This document shows, in pieces, positions 26,732-36,634 of a stretch of 64,000 nucleotides of DNA (its first letter is position 1; each line of letters begins with the position of its first letter). The notes below the pieces were generated by a model that ran no database searches, was not told where the DNA came from, and worked only from the letters and a program-made list of their open reading frames with translations. Source of the DNA: Dehalococcoidia bacterium (GTDB lineage: Bacteria; Chloroflexota; Dehalococcoidia; Bin125); assembly GCA_963662615.2 (NCBI GenBank), contig CAXXSR010000001.1, positions 448,001 to 512,000 on the forward strand, written 5' to 3'. Position numbers and translations under genes: made by a program.

Positions 26732-26799
26732 TTCCCCGGATACTAGAGTTCCCCGGACACTAGGGTTCCCCGGACACTGGGGTTCCCCGGCTACAAGGG
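26732..26799. repeat. 17-bp tandem repeat x4 (TTCCCCGGACACTAGGG consensus)
   Basis: units at 26732, 26749, 26766, 26783. Confidence 0.85.
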
Positions 26800-26819
26800 T
26801 CTCAGTGAGCTTGGGCGGG

Positions 26820-27284
26820 TCAGTCGCAGGAGCCGGAGAGGTAGGCTTCGATCTGCTCGCGGTGCTCCGCGTAGTGTTCGAGGGCGGCGAGGTGGACGAT
26901 GCGGTTGGCCGTGCGGCCGTCGCCGTAACGCTCGTCGGGGATGGCCGCGGCAGCGGCGCGAAAGGCGGCGTGCGAGCGCTCGAAGGCGGCCAGCGCCTGC
27001 GCCATCGACTGGTCGCCGCGGACCTCCACGAACTTCGCGTTCCAAGCGTCCGCGTTGCTGTAGTCCGCGCCCTCCCGCATAGCGCGCTCGCCACGCGCCA
27101 GCCGCTGCAACCCCTCGCCCATCTCGACCAGCCAGCCGTCGATGTGCTGGAGCACGTTCACGACCGACCATGATCCCACGGCGCCCTGCCAGGTCCCGTG
27201 GGGCTCGTCAATCCCGCCGACCAGGGCATGCAGGGCGTTGTAGCGATCGTCCAGGGCCGCCAGCGTTTCCGGTTTCGTCGCCAC
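26820..27284 (-). CDS. DinB/ClbS-DfsB-like four-helix bundle protein
   Basis: GSWSV..VLQHI.GW, EHYAEHREQI. Confidence 0.8.
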   Translation of the reverse strand: MATKPETLAALDDRYNALHALVGGIDEPHGTWQGAVGSWSVVNVLQHIDGWLVEMGEGLQRLARGERAMREGADYSNADAWNAKFVEVRGDQSMAQALAAFERSHAAFRAAAAAIPDERYGDGRTANRIVHLAALEHYAEHREQIEAYLSGSCD

Positions 27285-27313
27285 GGAGGGGTCCTCTTCC
27301 TGTGCGCGCGGCC

Positions 27314-28027
27314 TTAGTCCGGCAGGATCAGCCCGGAGCTGCTGCTCCGTTCGCCGGCGGCGCGGGCGGCAAGCGCTTTGCGGATGAAGGGGTTGGAGTC
27401 ACGCTCGGCGGCGATGGTGGTCTGCTGCATGTGCCCGGGCAGGACGACGGTCTCGTCCGGCAGCCGCAGCAGCTTGTCGACGATGCTGGCCATCTCTTGC
27501 TCGTAGTCGCCGCCGGGCAGGTCGGTGCGGCCAATGCTGCCGCGGAAGAGGGTATCGCCGCTGAAGAGCAGTTGGTTGGCGTAGTAGCAGACGCTGCCCT
27601 GCGTGTGGCCGGGGGTGTGGAAGACGCGCAGGGAGAGGCCGTCCACGTCAACGCTGTCGCCCTCATCAAGAAAATGATCCGGCGCCGGCGCCGGATCCGC
27701 TTCAATCCCGAAGCGCTTGGCGCTCTCCACCAGGCTGCGCGCGATCTCCAGATCGTCGCGGTGCAGGAGGAAGGGGGCGCCGGTCTTCGCCTGGACCTCG
27801 CGCACTCCCAGGACGTGGTCCAGGTGCGCGTGCGAGTTGGCGATCACCTTGATGGTGACGCCCATCTCCGCAGCCATGTGGAGGATGTCGTCCGCCTGGT
27901 CGCCCGGGTCGATGCAGATCGCCTCACGCGTGCGGCGGTTGCCGACGACCCAACAGTTCTCCTCGAACAGGCCCACCAGGATGCCGCGCACCTCGATCTC
28001 GTTGACCGTCGGCGTCTCAGAGGCCAT
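27314..28027 (-). CDS. MBL-fold metallo-hydrolase (glyoxalase II/YcbL-like)
   Basis: HAHLDH, HTPGHT, GDTLF.GSIGRTD, PGH. Confidence 0.92.
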   Translation of the reverse strand: MASETPTVNEIEVRGILVGLFEENCWVVGNRRTREAICIDPGDQADDILHMAAEMGVTIKVIANSHAHLDHVLGVREVQAKTGAPFLLHRDDLEIARSLVESAKRFGIEADPAPAPDHFLDEGDSVDVDGLSLRVFHTPGHTQGSVCYYANQLLFSGDTLFRGSIGRTDLPGGDYEQEMASIVDKLLRLPDETVVLPGHMQQTTIAAERDSNPFIRKALAARAAGERSSSSGLILPD

Positions 28028-28085
28028 GGCGATCCCTCAATCTCGCCTCGGCGGCGTCGGGGGATGGGCGCTAGCGCAGGACCGT

Positions 28086-28138
28086 TCAGGCATCGTCTCA
28101 GGCATTGGCTCAGGCATCGGCTGGGGCTCAGGCATTGG
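28086..28138. repeat. ~12-bp tandem repeat (TCAGGCAT core x4) including the PAC2 stop codon
   Basis: tcaggcat at 28086, 28098, 28110, 28128. Confidence 0.75.
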
Positions 28139-29039
28139 CCGGGGGCTCGGCGGTATCGTCCTCGTCGCCGCTATTGCCGCCGTCATCGCCGCCCAGCAGG
28201 CGATTCACTTCGTCCAGCACGTCGGCGCTGCTGAGCGGCGGACGCTCGAGCTCCTGCCCCTCCGCGTCGCCGGCGGCGGCCTCCAGCTTCTGCACGTACT
28301 CGCGCATCTCCGGATTCTGCTTGAGCGCTTCGGTCACCTGCGCTTCATAGCGACGGGAACGGCTGTCGAGGTCCGCCAGGTCCAGCTCCAGGCCGTAGAT
28401 CTGGCTGAGGCGAAGCAGCAGCGCCTGCGTGGCACGCGGGTTCTGTCCGACCGAGACGTAATGGGGGACGCTCGCCCAGAGGCTGATGTGCGCCACGTCC
28501 GCCCGGCGGCAGGCGTCCGCGACGGCGCCCACGATGCCCGTGGGCCCTTCGTACCGCGATGGCTGGAAGCCCAGCTCGGATGCCCGCTCGGCGCGGCTGG
28601 CGCTGCCAATGATGGGGACGGCGCGGGTGTGGGGCGTGTCGGCGAGCAAGGCGCCCAGCGTCACGATCTCGTGGACGTTCATGGCGGCGGCCAGCTCCAT
28701 GACCAGGCCGGCGAACGCCTTCCATTTCAGGTTGGGCTCCGTCCCCAGCCCCAGGATGATGTCGCGGTCACCCTGGCCGGGGTGCATGGGGGTGAAGTCC
28801 ATGACCGGCCAGCGAATCTCGCGGCTCTGTCCATTGACGTAACGAATGTGCGGGCGCTGGTCCGTGAAGACGAAGAACTCATCCGGGTCGATATGGGCGA
28901 AACGTTGCCCGCGCGCGCGCCGGCGCAGGTAGCGCACCGCGCCGCTGGCCGACTCCGCGCCGTCGTTCCAGCCGAAGAACGCCGTGACCAGAATGGGGTC
29001 CCGCAGGGTGGGGCGACGATCGATCGTCAGCGCGCTCAT
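28128..29039 (-). CDS. PAC2 (proteasome assembly chaperone) family protein
   Basis: GWNDGAESA, RP, EPNLKW, LGALLADTPHTR, YEGPTGI, WASVPHY. Confidence 0.9.
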   Translation of the reverse strand: MSALTIDRRPTLRDPILVTAFFGWNDGAESASGAVRYLRRRARGQRFAHIDPDEFFVFTDQRPHIRYVNGQSREIRWPVMDFTPMHPGQGDRDIILGLGTEPNLKWKAFAGLVMELAAAMNVHEIVTLGALLADTPHTRAVPIIGSASRAERASELGFQPSRYEGPTGIVGAVADACRRADVAHISLWASVPHYVSVGQNPRATQALLLRLSQIYGLELDLADLDSRSRRYEAQVTEALKQNPEMREYVQKLEAAAGDAEGQELERPPLSSADVLDEVNRLLGGDDGGNSGDEDDTAEPPANA

Positions 29040-29124
29040 ACTCGCAGGATAGCCGTGCGCCGGGGCTCGGCGCCAAGAGCGCGCGCGCCGGCGCCTCACT
29101 CGGTCTCAGGCGGAGCCGCTCACG

Positions 29125-29784
29125 CTAATACAAGGTGACCAGCTCCGGCGGCAGGTGGCGGACGTCATTCAGGCGCAGCACCGTGGAGGCGTAGGGCGCC
29201 CCGTCGGGATGGCGGCCCTGGGGCCAGTGCCGGATCTCCGTGAGGGAGGCGTTGAAGGGCTCGACGATGGTGTGCCAGTCGTGCTGGGACGAGAGCCCGT
29301 AGGCCCAGCGCATGGCCGCGGCAATGGCGCCGGCGTGCGAGAAAACGGCCACCGTGGCCCCGAGATGGCGCTCCGCGACGCCGGTCAAGAACTCGGCGAC
29401 GCGGGCATGGAACTGGCCTAACGTTTCGCCGTCGTGCGCCAACTGGTCGTGCGGCCGCCACAGCGCGAGGTGCCGCCGCGTCGCGATGATCTCAGCGATG
29501 GCGGCGGCGCCATCGTCCCCCATCTGAAACTCGACCAGCCGCGGGTCTTCGGCGTAGGCGCAGCCCAGGCGCTCCCGCGTCGGCCGCGCTGTCTCCACTG
29601 CGCGGGTGTAGGGGCTGCTGAAGATGGCGTCAATGCGGTCGCGCGCCAACTCCGCGGCGACGCGCTCCGCTTGTTTCCGGCCCTGAGCGGTGAGCGGCGC
29701 TTCAGCTCCGTAGCTGATCCCCGGGCCGCCGGCCTGTCCGTGCCGGATCAGGATCAGGCGCACCGACGGTTGCTCGGGCGGCAC
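29125..29784 (-). CDS. Histidine phosphatase family protein
   Basis: LIRHG, SSPYTRA.ETA, SHAG, NAS, LND..HL. Confidence 0.9.
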   Translation of the reverse strand: MPPEQPSVRLILIRHGQAGGPGISYGAEAPLTAQGRKQAERVAAELARDRIDAIFSSPYTRAVETARPTRERLGCAYAEDPRLVEFQMGDDGAAAIAEIIATRRHLALWRPHDQLAHDGETLGQFHARVAEFLTGVAERHLGATVAVFSHAGAIAAAMRWAYGLSSQHDWHTIVEPFNASLTEIRHWPQGRHPDGAPYASTVLRLNDVRHLPPELVTLY

Positions 29785-29793
29785 GCGGCGAAC

Positions 29794-30774
29794 TCAGGCG
29801 GGGCCGGCGTTGGCTGCGGGTCCGGTGTTGGCGAAGCGGCGTCGCATGGCCGGCACCACCTCGCGCATGTAGATGCGCAGCGCTTCTTGCTCCCAGGGCA
29901 CGCGCACGGCGACGTTGATGCGCTGCGCCCCCGCGGCGACGTAGGGGGCGATCAGGTCGGGTGCGTCGTCAAGGGTCCCCAGGATGGTGCCCTGGCGTCG
30001 CCCGGCGGCGGCATCTCCCCACTGCCGTTGTAACTGTTCCTCCAGCTCGTCAATCCGGCTCTTGTCCTGCGTGAGGTAGAACATCACGTTGATGCTGCGC
30101 TCAATGGCGGCGGGGTCGCGTCCCTCTTTGCGGCACCAGTCGTTGAGGACCCCGTTGAGCCGGCCGAACTCCTGCGGCGAGACGAAGGGGGCGTTCCAGG
30201 CGTCGGCGTGGCGGGCGGCGATGCGCAGGGTGCGCTTTTCGCCGCGACCGCCAATGCAGATGGGCACGCGCTCCTGGACCGGCGGCGGTTCACATCTGGC
30301 GTTCTCCAACTGATAATGCTTGCCGGCGAAGGTCGTCTCCTCCTGCGTCAAGAGGGAGCGCACGATCTGCACGGCCTCTTCCAACATGTCCATGCGCTGC
30401 CCGAGCGGGGGGAAGCGGTAGCCGTAGGCGCGAAACTCTTGCGCGTACCAGCCGGCGCCCAGGCCGATCTCCAGCCGTCCGTGCGAGACGTGGTCGATGG
30501 TGGTCAAGGACTTTGCCAGCGCCGCCGGATTGCGGTACGGCACGCAGAGGACCAGGCAGCCGATCCGGACCTGCTCCGTGACAGCGGCGATGGTCGTCAT
30601 GGTGGTGAGGGCCTCAAAGCTGGGCGAGCGGCCGCCGCGAGGCGGCACTTCGTAGAAATGGTCATAGATGGAGATGGCGTCCATGCCGGCCGCGTCGATC
30701 TCGCGCCAGAGCGCCCGCAGATCGTCCATGGGAAGATCCTGTGGGCCGATGTAGACGCCGAAGCTGACGCTCAT
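29794..30774 (-). CDS. LLM-class (probably F420-dependent) oxidoreductase
   Basis: YDHF, YRNPAALAK...D.VSHGRL..GLGAGW, GGRGEKRTLRIAARHAD.WN. Confidence 0.9.
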   Translation of the reverse strand: MSVSFGVYIGPQDLPMDDLRALWREIDAAGMDAISIYDHFYEVPPRGGRSPSFEALTTMTTIAAVTEQVRIGCLVLCVPYRNPAALAKSLTTIDHVSHGRLEIGLGAGWYAQEFRAYGYRFPPLGQRMDMLEEAVQIVRSLLTQEETTFAGKHYQLENARCEPPPVQERVPICIGGRGEKRTLRIAARHADAWNAPFVSPQEFGRLNGVLNDWCRKEGRDPAAIERSINVMFYLTQDKSRIDELEEQLQRQWGDAAAGRRQGTILGTLDDAPDLIAPYVAAGAQRINVAVRVPWEQEALRIYMREVVPAMRRRFANTGPAANAGPA

Positions 30775-30861
30775 CCCCCCTGCTCCCTTCGCCGCCCGCG
30801 GCGGACGGCGCGCGGCCGCCACGCGCGCGCGGCTGGAGGACGGGACGTGCGGCCCATCCTC

Positions 30862-31125
30862 CTACGGCTTCCCGCCGGCGCTAGAGCCCGAGGACTTGCC
30901 CGCCTTGGGTGGGGGGTAGCGGGACGGCCGTGGCACGGGGCGCGGCCCCCAGCCGCTCAACTCGATCAGGCCCTTGCCCACGTAGAAGAAGAGCATCCCG
31001 ACCGAGTAGATCAGCAGCGAGATGATGAACCAGAATGACCGGGCCAGGTTCTGGAGCCCCTCCAAGAAGAGCGAGGCCCGGCCTTTTTGCGGCGTTGGCG
31101 TTGGTGGGCTCGGTTGGGTGGCCAT
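30862..31125 (-). CDS. Small membrane protein (87 aa)
   Basis: one long hydrophobic segment; GGAAGGAAG SD-like; co-oriented with operon. Confidence 0.55.
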   Translation of the reverse strand: MATQPSPPTPTPQKGRASLFLEGLQNLARSFWFIISLLIYSVGMLFFYVGKGLIELSGWGPRPVPRPSRYPPPKAGKSSGSSAGGKP

Positions 31126-31283
31126 GGGCGCGCGCTTCCTTCCGTTGGCGGCACGACCCGCCGGGCCTGCCGGCCGCGACCTGCGGCTCGGGGCGATGCT
31201 TGGGGGCGTGGAGACGGCGGCCCGCCCGCGGCAGCGTGAATGCTACCATGCCGCCCGACCGTGAGCGGGCAGCGGGCCGGGCC

Positions 31284-31325
31284 GCACCGCGAACGCTGCA
31301 CCGCGAAAGCTGCACCCTGAAAGGA
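31284..31325. repeat. 14-bp tandem repeat x3 whose last unit merges into the SD
   Basis: gcaccgcgaacgct gcaccgcgaaagct gcaccctgaaagga(gg). Confidence 0.75.
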
Positions 31326-31331
31326 GGCCCC

Positions 31332-31835
31332 ATGAGCCCTCGGGCGCGGGCGCGCCGCGAGATTCCGGAGTGGGCGCGGGGCGACCCGCTCATGGAGCAG
31401 TACGCGACCGAAGTCTTCGGCCGTCGCACTGATGATGAAGACGAACTCTTCGAGGTGATGTGCCTGCAGCTGTTCCAAGCCGGCTTGACCTGGCGGATGA
31501 TCCTGGCCCGCCGCGGCGCCTTTCGCAAAGCGTTCAAGGGCTGGCAGATTGAGAAGGTGGCGCGGATCACGCCGCGGGGGGTGGAACGGCTGTTGGCGGA
31601 CGCGTCGATCGTGCGCAACCGCAAGAAGATCGAGGCCTGCATCGCCAACGCCCGCGTGGTGCGGGAGATCCAGGGCGAGCATGGCTCCTTCTGCCGTTGG
31701 TTCTACGACGTACTAGACGGAGATGACTTGCCGGGTCTGCAAAAGCAGCTGCGCAGCAGGTTTCGGTTCATGGGACCGGAGATCGCGCGGATGTGGCTGA
31801 TCTCGGCCGGGCGCATTCCCGAGGGCACGCACTAG
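31332..31835 (+). CDS. tag: DNA-3-methyladenine glycosylase I family protein
   Basis: LFE.MCLQLFQAGLTW..IL.RR..F..AF, IVRNRKKIEA.I.NA, F.FMGP. Confidence 0.85.
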   Translation: MSPRARARREIPEWARGDPLMEQYATEVFGRRTDDEDELFEVMCLQLFQAGLTWRMILARRGAFRKAFKGWQIEKVARITPRGVERLLADASIVRNRKKIEACIANARVVREIQGEHGSFCRWFYDVLDGDDLPGLQKQLRSRFRFMGPEIARMWLISAGRIPEGTH

Positions 31836-31876
31836 CGCCTCGCCGCCAGCGCGCCGCCACGGTGCCGCGTCGGAGG

Positions 31877-32453
31877 CTAGTAGGCCGACCCGACGTCGGC
31901 TGTCGCTGCGGCCTGCACGACGTAGGCCTCGGCGCCGACGCCCTCACCGAGGTAGACGATGGCGTCGCCCTCGCCGGCCTCGACGTCGTCATCGCCCCAG
32001 ATGCCGGCCGCTCGGGCGACGTCCCTGCGGGCGATGCCGCCGCTCCAGGAGACGAAGCTGACGATGTCCTCCTTGGTGCCGAAGCCGGAGCCGCGGTACA
32101 GGCCCACCGCACCGATGCCGCCCAAGACGCCCAGCATCCCGTCGGCGTGGAACGTGTCCGCCGTGTCCTCGCCCGATCCCAGCTTGACGATGATCTCGTC
32201 GCCGTTCTTGAGTTCCAGCGCCGGCATCGGCCAGTAGAGGAAGTCCTTGCAGAGGAACCAACCATCTAAGTTGACCGGCGTGGGACTGGCGCCGCGGAGG
32301 CGGGGCCGCCGCCGCGGGCTCCGCGCCGTCGTCGTCGCCACAGCCCAGCAGGGCCAGGCCGGCGGCGCCGATGCCCAGGCGAGCGGTCCAGGACAGCATG
32401 GTGCGACGCGAAAGTCGCCCTCGTCCCGCTTGCGTCCGGCCTTCTTCGCCCAT
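31877..32453 (-). pseudogene. Tat-exported lipoprotein with lamin-tail-like domain, frameshifted or internally deleted near 32300
   Basis: one frame gives SRRTML...LLGC (Tat plus lipobox); a second frame gives PVNLDGWFLC..., AVGLY, SFVSW. Confidence 0.6.
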
Positions 32454-32579
32454 GGCTCCTCCTCACCGCTCGCGCTACGGCGGCACGGCTTCCGGCTCTG
32501 ATGCCTTCGACCCCATATACGCACGCCTCAGCGGTTTGGACCACCCCGGGGAGGCGGCGGACGACTCGCTGTCGGCGCA

Positions 32580-32635
32580 CTGTGACTACAGGCCTGTGAC
32601 CCCGGGGCTGTGACTAGAGGGCTGTGACCCCGGCA
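32580..32635. repeat. 14-bp tandem repeat x4 (CTGTGAC core), alternating ABAB
   Basis: ctgtgactacaggc ctgtgaccccgggg ctgtgactagaggg ctgtgaccccggca. Confidence 0.8.
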
Positions 32636-32647
32636 GAACGCACTCGC

Positions 32648-33370
32648 CTAGTCCAGGGTGACGCTGAAACGGATCTCGTCCAGCGAGGGAGGGCCCGGCG
32701 ACGGCCGCTCGCTGTCCTCCAAGGAAACGGCGAAGCCCACGACATGCTCGTCCTCCCTCGTCGACAGCGCCAGCGCCACGAACTCTTCCCCGCGCACTTG
32801 GAAGGCTTGGTCGCGTGCGATGCCGCCGCCGTCCAGCAGGCGCCAGAGGCGGTAGCTCTTGCCTTGCGGGGTGGGCGGGATCGCTTGGAAGAGGAGCCCC
32901 ACCGGCGCGCCGGCGTAGTCCGTGACGTAGACCCAGCCGGCGCTCTCGGATGCTCCCACATCGGCGGCGGGCCCGGCTTCAACCGGCAACCAGCGGCCGG
33001 CGGGCTCACCGTCGTCATCGCTGAAGAGGAGGACGCCGAAGGCCACGGCGACGGCAGCGGACGCCGCCGCTACGGCGTGGGGCAGCCACCGCCGCCACAA
33101 AGGCCAGTGGCGGCGAGCACGGCGCTGGGCCTGCTCCGCGCTGCGCTCCTCGCGGGCATGGGTGATGATGCGTCCTTCCAGCCGGAGAGCGGGCGTCGGC
33201 TGCTCCGCTGGGGCGGCCGCCAGCGCGTCCGCGGTGGACAGCAGCTGCGCCAGCTCGCGACGGCCTTCTGGCCAATCGCGAAGGAGCGCCAGGAGTTCTT
33301 GGCGCTCCTCCTCAGGCAGCGCGCCCAGGGCGTAGGCGGCCAAAAGATCGCGGGCCTCGTCGCGGTCCAT
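32648..33370 (-). CDS. Anti-sigma factor (RskA-like)
   Basis: DLLAAYALGAL..EE, TM helix, GKSYRLW, FAVSLE...P.P; coupled to sigma gene. Confidence 0.85.
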   Translation of the reverse strand: MDRDEARDLLAAYALGALPEEERQELLALLRDWPEGRRELAQLLSTADALAAAPAEQPTPALRLEGRIITHAREERSAEQAQRRARRHWPLWRRWLPHAVAAASAAVAVAFGVLLFSDDDGEPAGRWLPVEAGPAADVGASESAGWVYVTDYAGAPVGLLFQAIPPTPQGKSYRLWRLLDGGGIARDQAFQVRGEEFVALALSTREDEHVVGFAVSLEDSERPSPGPPSLDEIRFSVTLD

Positions 33371-33918
33371 TACGGCGACGCTCCGTCAAGGTGCTTGCGC
33401 ATCTTCTCCAGCCCCAGCCGCATGCGGGACTTGACCGTGCCCTCTGGAATCGCCAACGACTGCGCGATCTCCCGGTGCGTGAGCCCCTGGAAGTAGGACA
33501 TCTCCATGACTTGACTCTGCTCGCTGGGCAGCTTCAGGAAGGCTTCGCGGACCACGATGCGGTCGAGCACCGGCGCGTCGATCGGATCAACCGGTGCCAG
33601 CAGGCGCTCGACGTCCGCGATCGGGCCGGCGCGACGCAGCGGCTCGCGCCGGCGCAGGACGTCCACGCAGAGATTGCGGACCACGCGCGAGAACCAGGTA
33701 GGAAATGAGGCTTTGTCCGCATCGAAGCGGCCGGCGTGCCGCCAGACCCGCAGGAACGCCTCTTGGACCGTCTCCTCGGCGATGTCCTCTCGGCCCAGAA
33801 TGCGGTAGGCGAGGGTGTAGGCGAGCCGACCGTAGCGGCGGTAGAGCTGTCGCAGTGCCTCTTCATCCCCGCCGGCGATGCGGCGCAGCAGCAGCTCCTG
33901 CTCACGACGATCCTGCAT
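33370..33918 (-). CDS. ECF RNA polymerase sigma factor (SigK-like)
   Basis: GDEEAL..LY.RY, AEETVQEAFL.VW, YFQGLTHREIA..L.IP.GTVKSR. Confidence 0.92.
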   Translation of the reverse strand: MQDRREQELLLRRIAGGDEEALRQLYRRYGRLAYTLAYRILGREDIAEETVQEAFLRVWRHAGRFDADKASFPTWFSRVVRNLCVDVLRRREPLRRAGPIADVERLLAPVDPIDAPVLDRIVVREAFLKLPSEQSQVMEMSYFQGLTHREIAQSLAIPEGTVKSRMRLGLEKMRKHLDGASP

Positions 33919-34201
33919 CCGCCGCCGCCCCTCACTGCGATTCGCGGTCCAGGGCGATGGTCGGGCAGGAGCACGCCGGGTGGCAAGGGCCAGGGATTGC
34001 GGCGCCGGCATCAGCGCGCGGTTCATGCCAAGAGGTACGGGATCGCCGCCGAGTCCGATCAGTCCCGCCCTGGAGGGGCGGACGGCCCGGCGCGCGGATC
34101 CGTCGCTCGCCCGCTGGATCTGCAGGGGCTATCCTCGGGACGGGCGGCGTCTTGCGGAAGATCGAGCCTTGTGGTTGTGGCCGTTTGTCGGTGGACCAAA
34201 G

Positions 34202-35515
34202 TTGCGGGGGCGCTTGTCGTCGCGCCTCGCCCTGGGCCTGACGCTCGTCCTGACCACTGTCGGCGTGGCGGCGCTTCTTGCCGTTCTGCTCAACGATTCA
34301 GATGCCGGCCGCGAGACGGACGCGACGACCGCCGCCGTTTCGGAGCCGGCGCCGCTCCCCCAGCGCGCGCCGGCCGGCGCGTCCCCCCCGGCGCCCTCCT
34401 CCTCGCGGCCGACGGCGGGGCCGACGGCGCTACCCTCGGGCCCCGCCGCGGCGGCCCCTGGCGGGCCCGCCCCAGCCGTTGCGGCTCCAGGGACGCAGAG
34501 CGCCGAGCCGGCCCCGTCCGCTCCTCCCGAGTCTGTTCCTCCCGAGTCTGTTCCTTCCGAGGCTGTTCCTTCCGAGCCTGTCGATGGGCCCGCGCTCGAC
34601 GAGGGGCCGTCGGATGAAGCGCCTCCTGCTTCCTTGGATAGCGCGCCGGCCGGCGGAGCGAGCGGTTCCGCCGCTGAGGGGTCCGACGCCCTTGCTCCTC
34701 CCGAGGCAGAGGGCGAGGCCAGCGTCGTTCCGGCCACGATTCGGCAGGGGGAGACCGCCCTGGTGCGCCTCTCCGGCGTCGACGCCGCAGGGGCTGCGCT
34801 CAGCGTTGAGGGCGCCACCTGGCCCATGGTGCAGGAGGAGGGCGCTTGGCTCGCCTACGTGCCCGTCCCGCCCTTGAGCCGCCTGGGCTCTTACGCCATC
34901 AGGATCGACCTCTTCGACGCCGACGGCGCCCTCATCGGCACGTACGTGGCCCCGCTGCAGGTTGTTGAGACGGGACAGGAGATTGAGGAGATCTTCCTGG
35001 ATCCCGACACCGCCGCCCTGCTGGCGCCGGAGCTTGTGGCGATCGACAACCGCGTGCGCTACGAGGACCACGTCGCCGTGAGTGGAGCGCGACGTTGGCG
35101 CGACCCCTGGCGGAGCCCGCTGGAGGGCCCGCTGGATGGCGAGAGCTCCGGCAACTTCGGTGTCCTGCGCTCGTACAACGGCGCTGCCCCGCGCGACTGG
35201 CATCACGGCCTCGACATCGCCGCCGACGCGGGCGCCCGCATCGCCGCGCCCGCGGCCGGGCTGGTCGTTTTCGCCGGCGAGCTGCCCGTGCACGGCCTGG
35301 GCGTCATCCTGGATCACGGCGCCGGCGTCTTCAGCGGCTACTGGCACATGTCCGCGCTGGCCGTGGACGAGGGGGCGCTGGTGGCCCGCGGCGACACGCT
35401 GGGACGCGTGGGCCAGACGGGGCTCTCCGTTGGCCCCCATCTGCACTGGGAGGTCATTGTCCACGGCCGCGACGTGGACCCTGCTCAGTGGCTCCAGGCC
35501 GCGCTCCATCAGTAG
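34202..35515 (+). CDS. Membrane-anchored M23 family peptidase with Pro/Ala-rich linker
   Basis: HHGLDIA, DHG.G..SGYWHMS, GPHLHWE; 15-bp PPESV repeats at 34521-34580; start approximate. Confidence 0.85.
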   Translation: MRGRLSSRLALGLTLVLTTVGVAALLAVLLNDSDAGRETDATTAAVSEPAPLPQRAPAGASPPAPSSSRPTAGPTALPSGPAAAAPGGPAPAVAAPGTQSAEPAPSAPPESVPPESVPSEAVPSEPVDGPALDEGPSDEAPPASLDSAPAGGASGSAAEGSDALAPPEAEGEASVVPATIRQGETALVRLSGVDAAGAALSVEGATWPMVQEEGAWLAYVPVPPLSRLGSYAIRIDLFDADGALIGTYVAPLQVVETGQEIEEIFLDPDTAALLAPELVAIDNRVRYEDHVAVSGARRWRDPWRSPLEGPLDGESSGNFGVLRSYNGAAPRDWHHGLDIAADAGARIAAPAAGLVVFAGELPVHGLGVILDHGAGVFSGYWHMSALAVDEGALVARGDTLGRVGQTGLSVGPHLHWEVIVHGRDVDPAQWLQAALHQ

Positions 35516-35530
35516 CCGCCGGCCACAGCC

Positions 35531-35572
35531 GCTGGCTCCGAAGGGCCGGGCGCTGGCTCCGAAGGGCCGGGC
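35531..35572. repeat. 21-bp perfect tandem duplication
   Basis: gctggctccgaagggccgggc x2. Confidence 0.85.
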
Positions 35573-35608
35573 GGTGGCGCGCCGGCGCTCGCTACACTGA
35601 CCCCGCGC

Positions 35609-36634
35609 ATGGCATCACCCTCGACAGCAGGGGAGCCCTCGACACCAGGGGAGCCGTCGTCGCCGGGAGCGGACGCCGCTGCCGCCGCCCCGATGCCGGT
35701 GATGGACCTGGACGTCTACGCCGCCGCCATCAGCGGCGCGTTTCTCGACATCGCCCAGGGCGAGCCGCCGGCGCTGCTATCGGCGAGCCGGGCCAACGTC
35801 GTTGTGGCGACTGCCGGCGGCGTCGCCTTTCACTTTCCGCGTGAAGAAGCCGCGGCGGAGCGACTCGCGATGACAGGGCTGTTGCTTCCGTACCTGCGCG
35901 GCCACGTCACGCTGGCGATTCCGGCGCCGGAGTGGCGGGCAGCGCCGACGAGCGCGCTTCCGTGGGGCTTCTGGGGCTATCGCCGCCTGCCCGGCGCACC
36001 GCTCCAGCCCGGGCAGATCAACGAGCGCACGGTCGTGCGGTTGGTGACCGACTTGGCGATCTTCCTCTCGGAGCCGCATCAGTTCCCGCCGCAGCGGGCG
36101 CGGGCCCTGGGAGTCGCCGGGCCCGACGCCTGGAGAGAAGGATGCAAGCGGCTGCGCGGGGACGTGCTCCCTGTGCTGCGGAAGCGCCTGAGCGTCTCGG
36201 AGTACCCCCGAGTGCGCCGTTGGTGGGACGCGTTCCTCCAGGACGAAGGTAGTTGGGTGTTCAACCCCACGCTGGTCCACGGCCAGCTGGTGAGCGAGCA
36301 TCTCCTGTTCGACTCCGGTGCGGCAGCGCTCAGCGGCGTGATCGGCTGGGGCCATTCCGCCGTGGGCGACCCCGCCGCGGACTTCGTGGGGCTGATTCAC
36401 TCCTACGGCGGCGATTTCGCCTGGCGCGTCGTGGACGCCTACCGCGGCCGCGGTCTGGGGGTGGACGCCGGTTTTCTGAAGCGGGTGCGACGGCTCAGCG
36501 CGCTGCGCGCCTTCCACGACGTGCGGATTGCAGCGCAGTCCCTGGGCGAACCGGGTGCGCCGAGTCTGGAGGAGGCGGTGGTGCAGCTCCGCGCCGGCCC
36601 GATCCTGGCCCGCCCGTCTCCGTCCGCCCCTTAG
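35609..36634 (+). CDS. APH/aminoglycoside phosphotransferase-fold protein lacking the catalytic aspartates
   Basis: TLAIPAP, Y.RLPG, LVHGQL..EH, GVIGWG...GDPAADF. Confidence 0.8.
   Translation: MASPSTAGEPSTPGEPSSPGADAAAAAPMPVMDLDVYAAAISGAFLDIAQGEPPALLSASRANVVVATAGGVAFHFPREEAAAERLAMTGLLLPYLRGHVTLAIPAPEWRAAPTSALPWGFWGYRRLPGAPLQPGQINERTVVRLVTDLAIFLSEPHQFPPQRARALGVAGPDAWREGCKRLRGDVLPVLRKRLSVSEYPRVRRWWDAFLQDEGSWVFNPTLVHGQLVSEHLLFDSGAAALSGVIGWGHSAVGDPAADFVGLIHSYGGDFAWRVVDAYRGRGLGVDAGFLKRVRRLSALRAFHDVRIAAQSLGEPGAPSLEEAVVQLRAGPILARPSPSAP

Noticed and set aside
26732-26799. Degenerate type I-E CRISPR (GTTCCCCG motif)
   Set aside because: Period is 17 bp, leaving no room for spacers.
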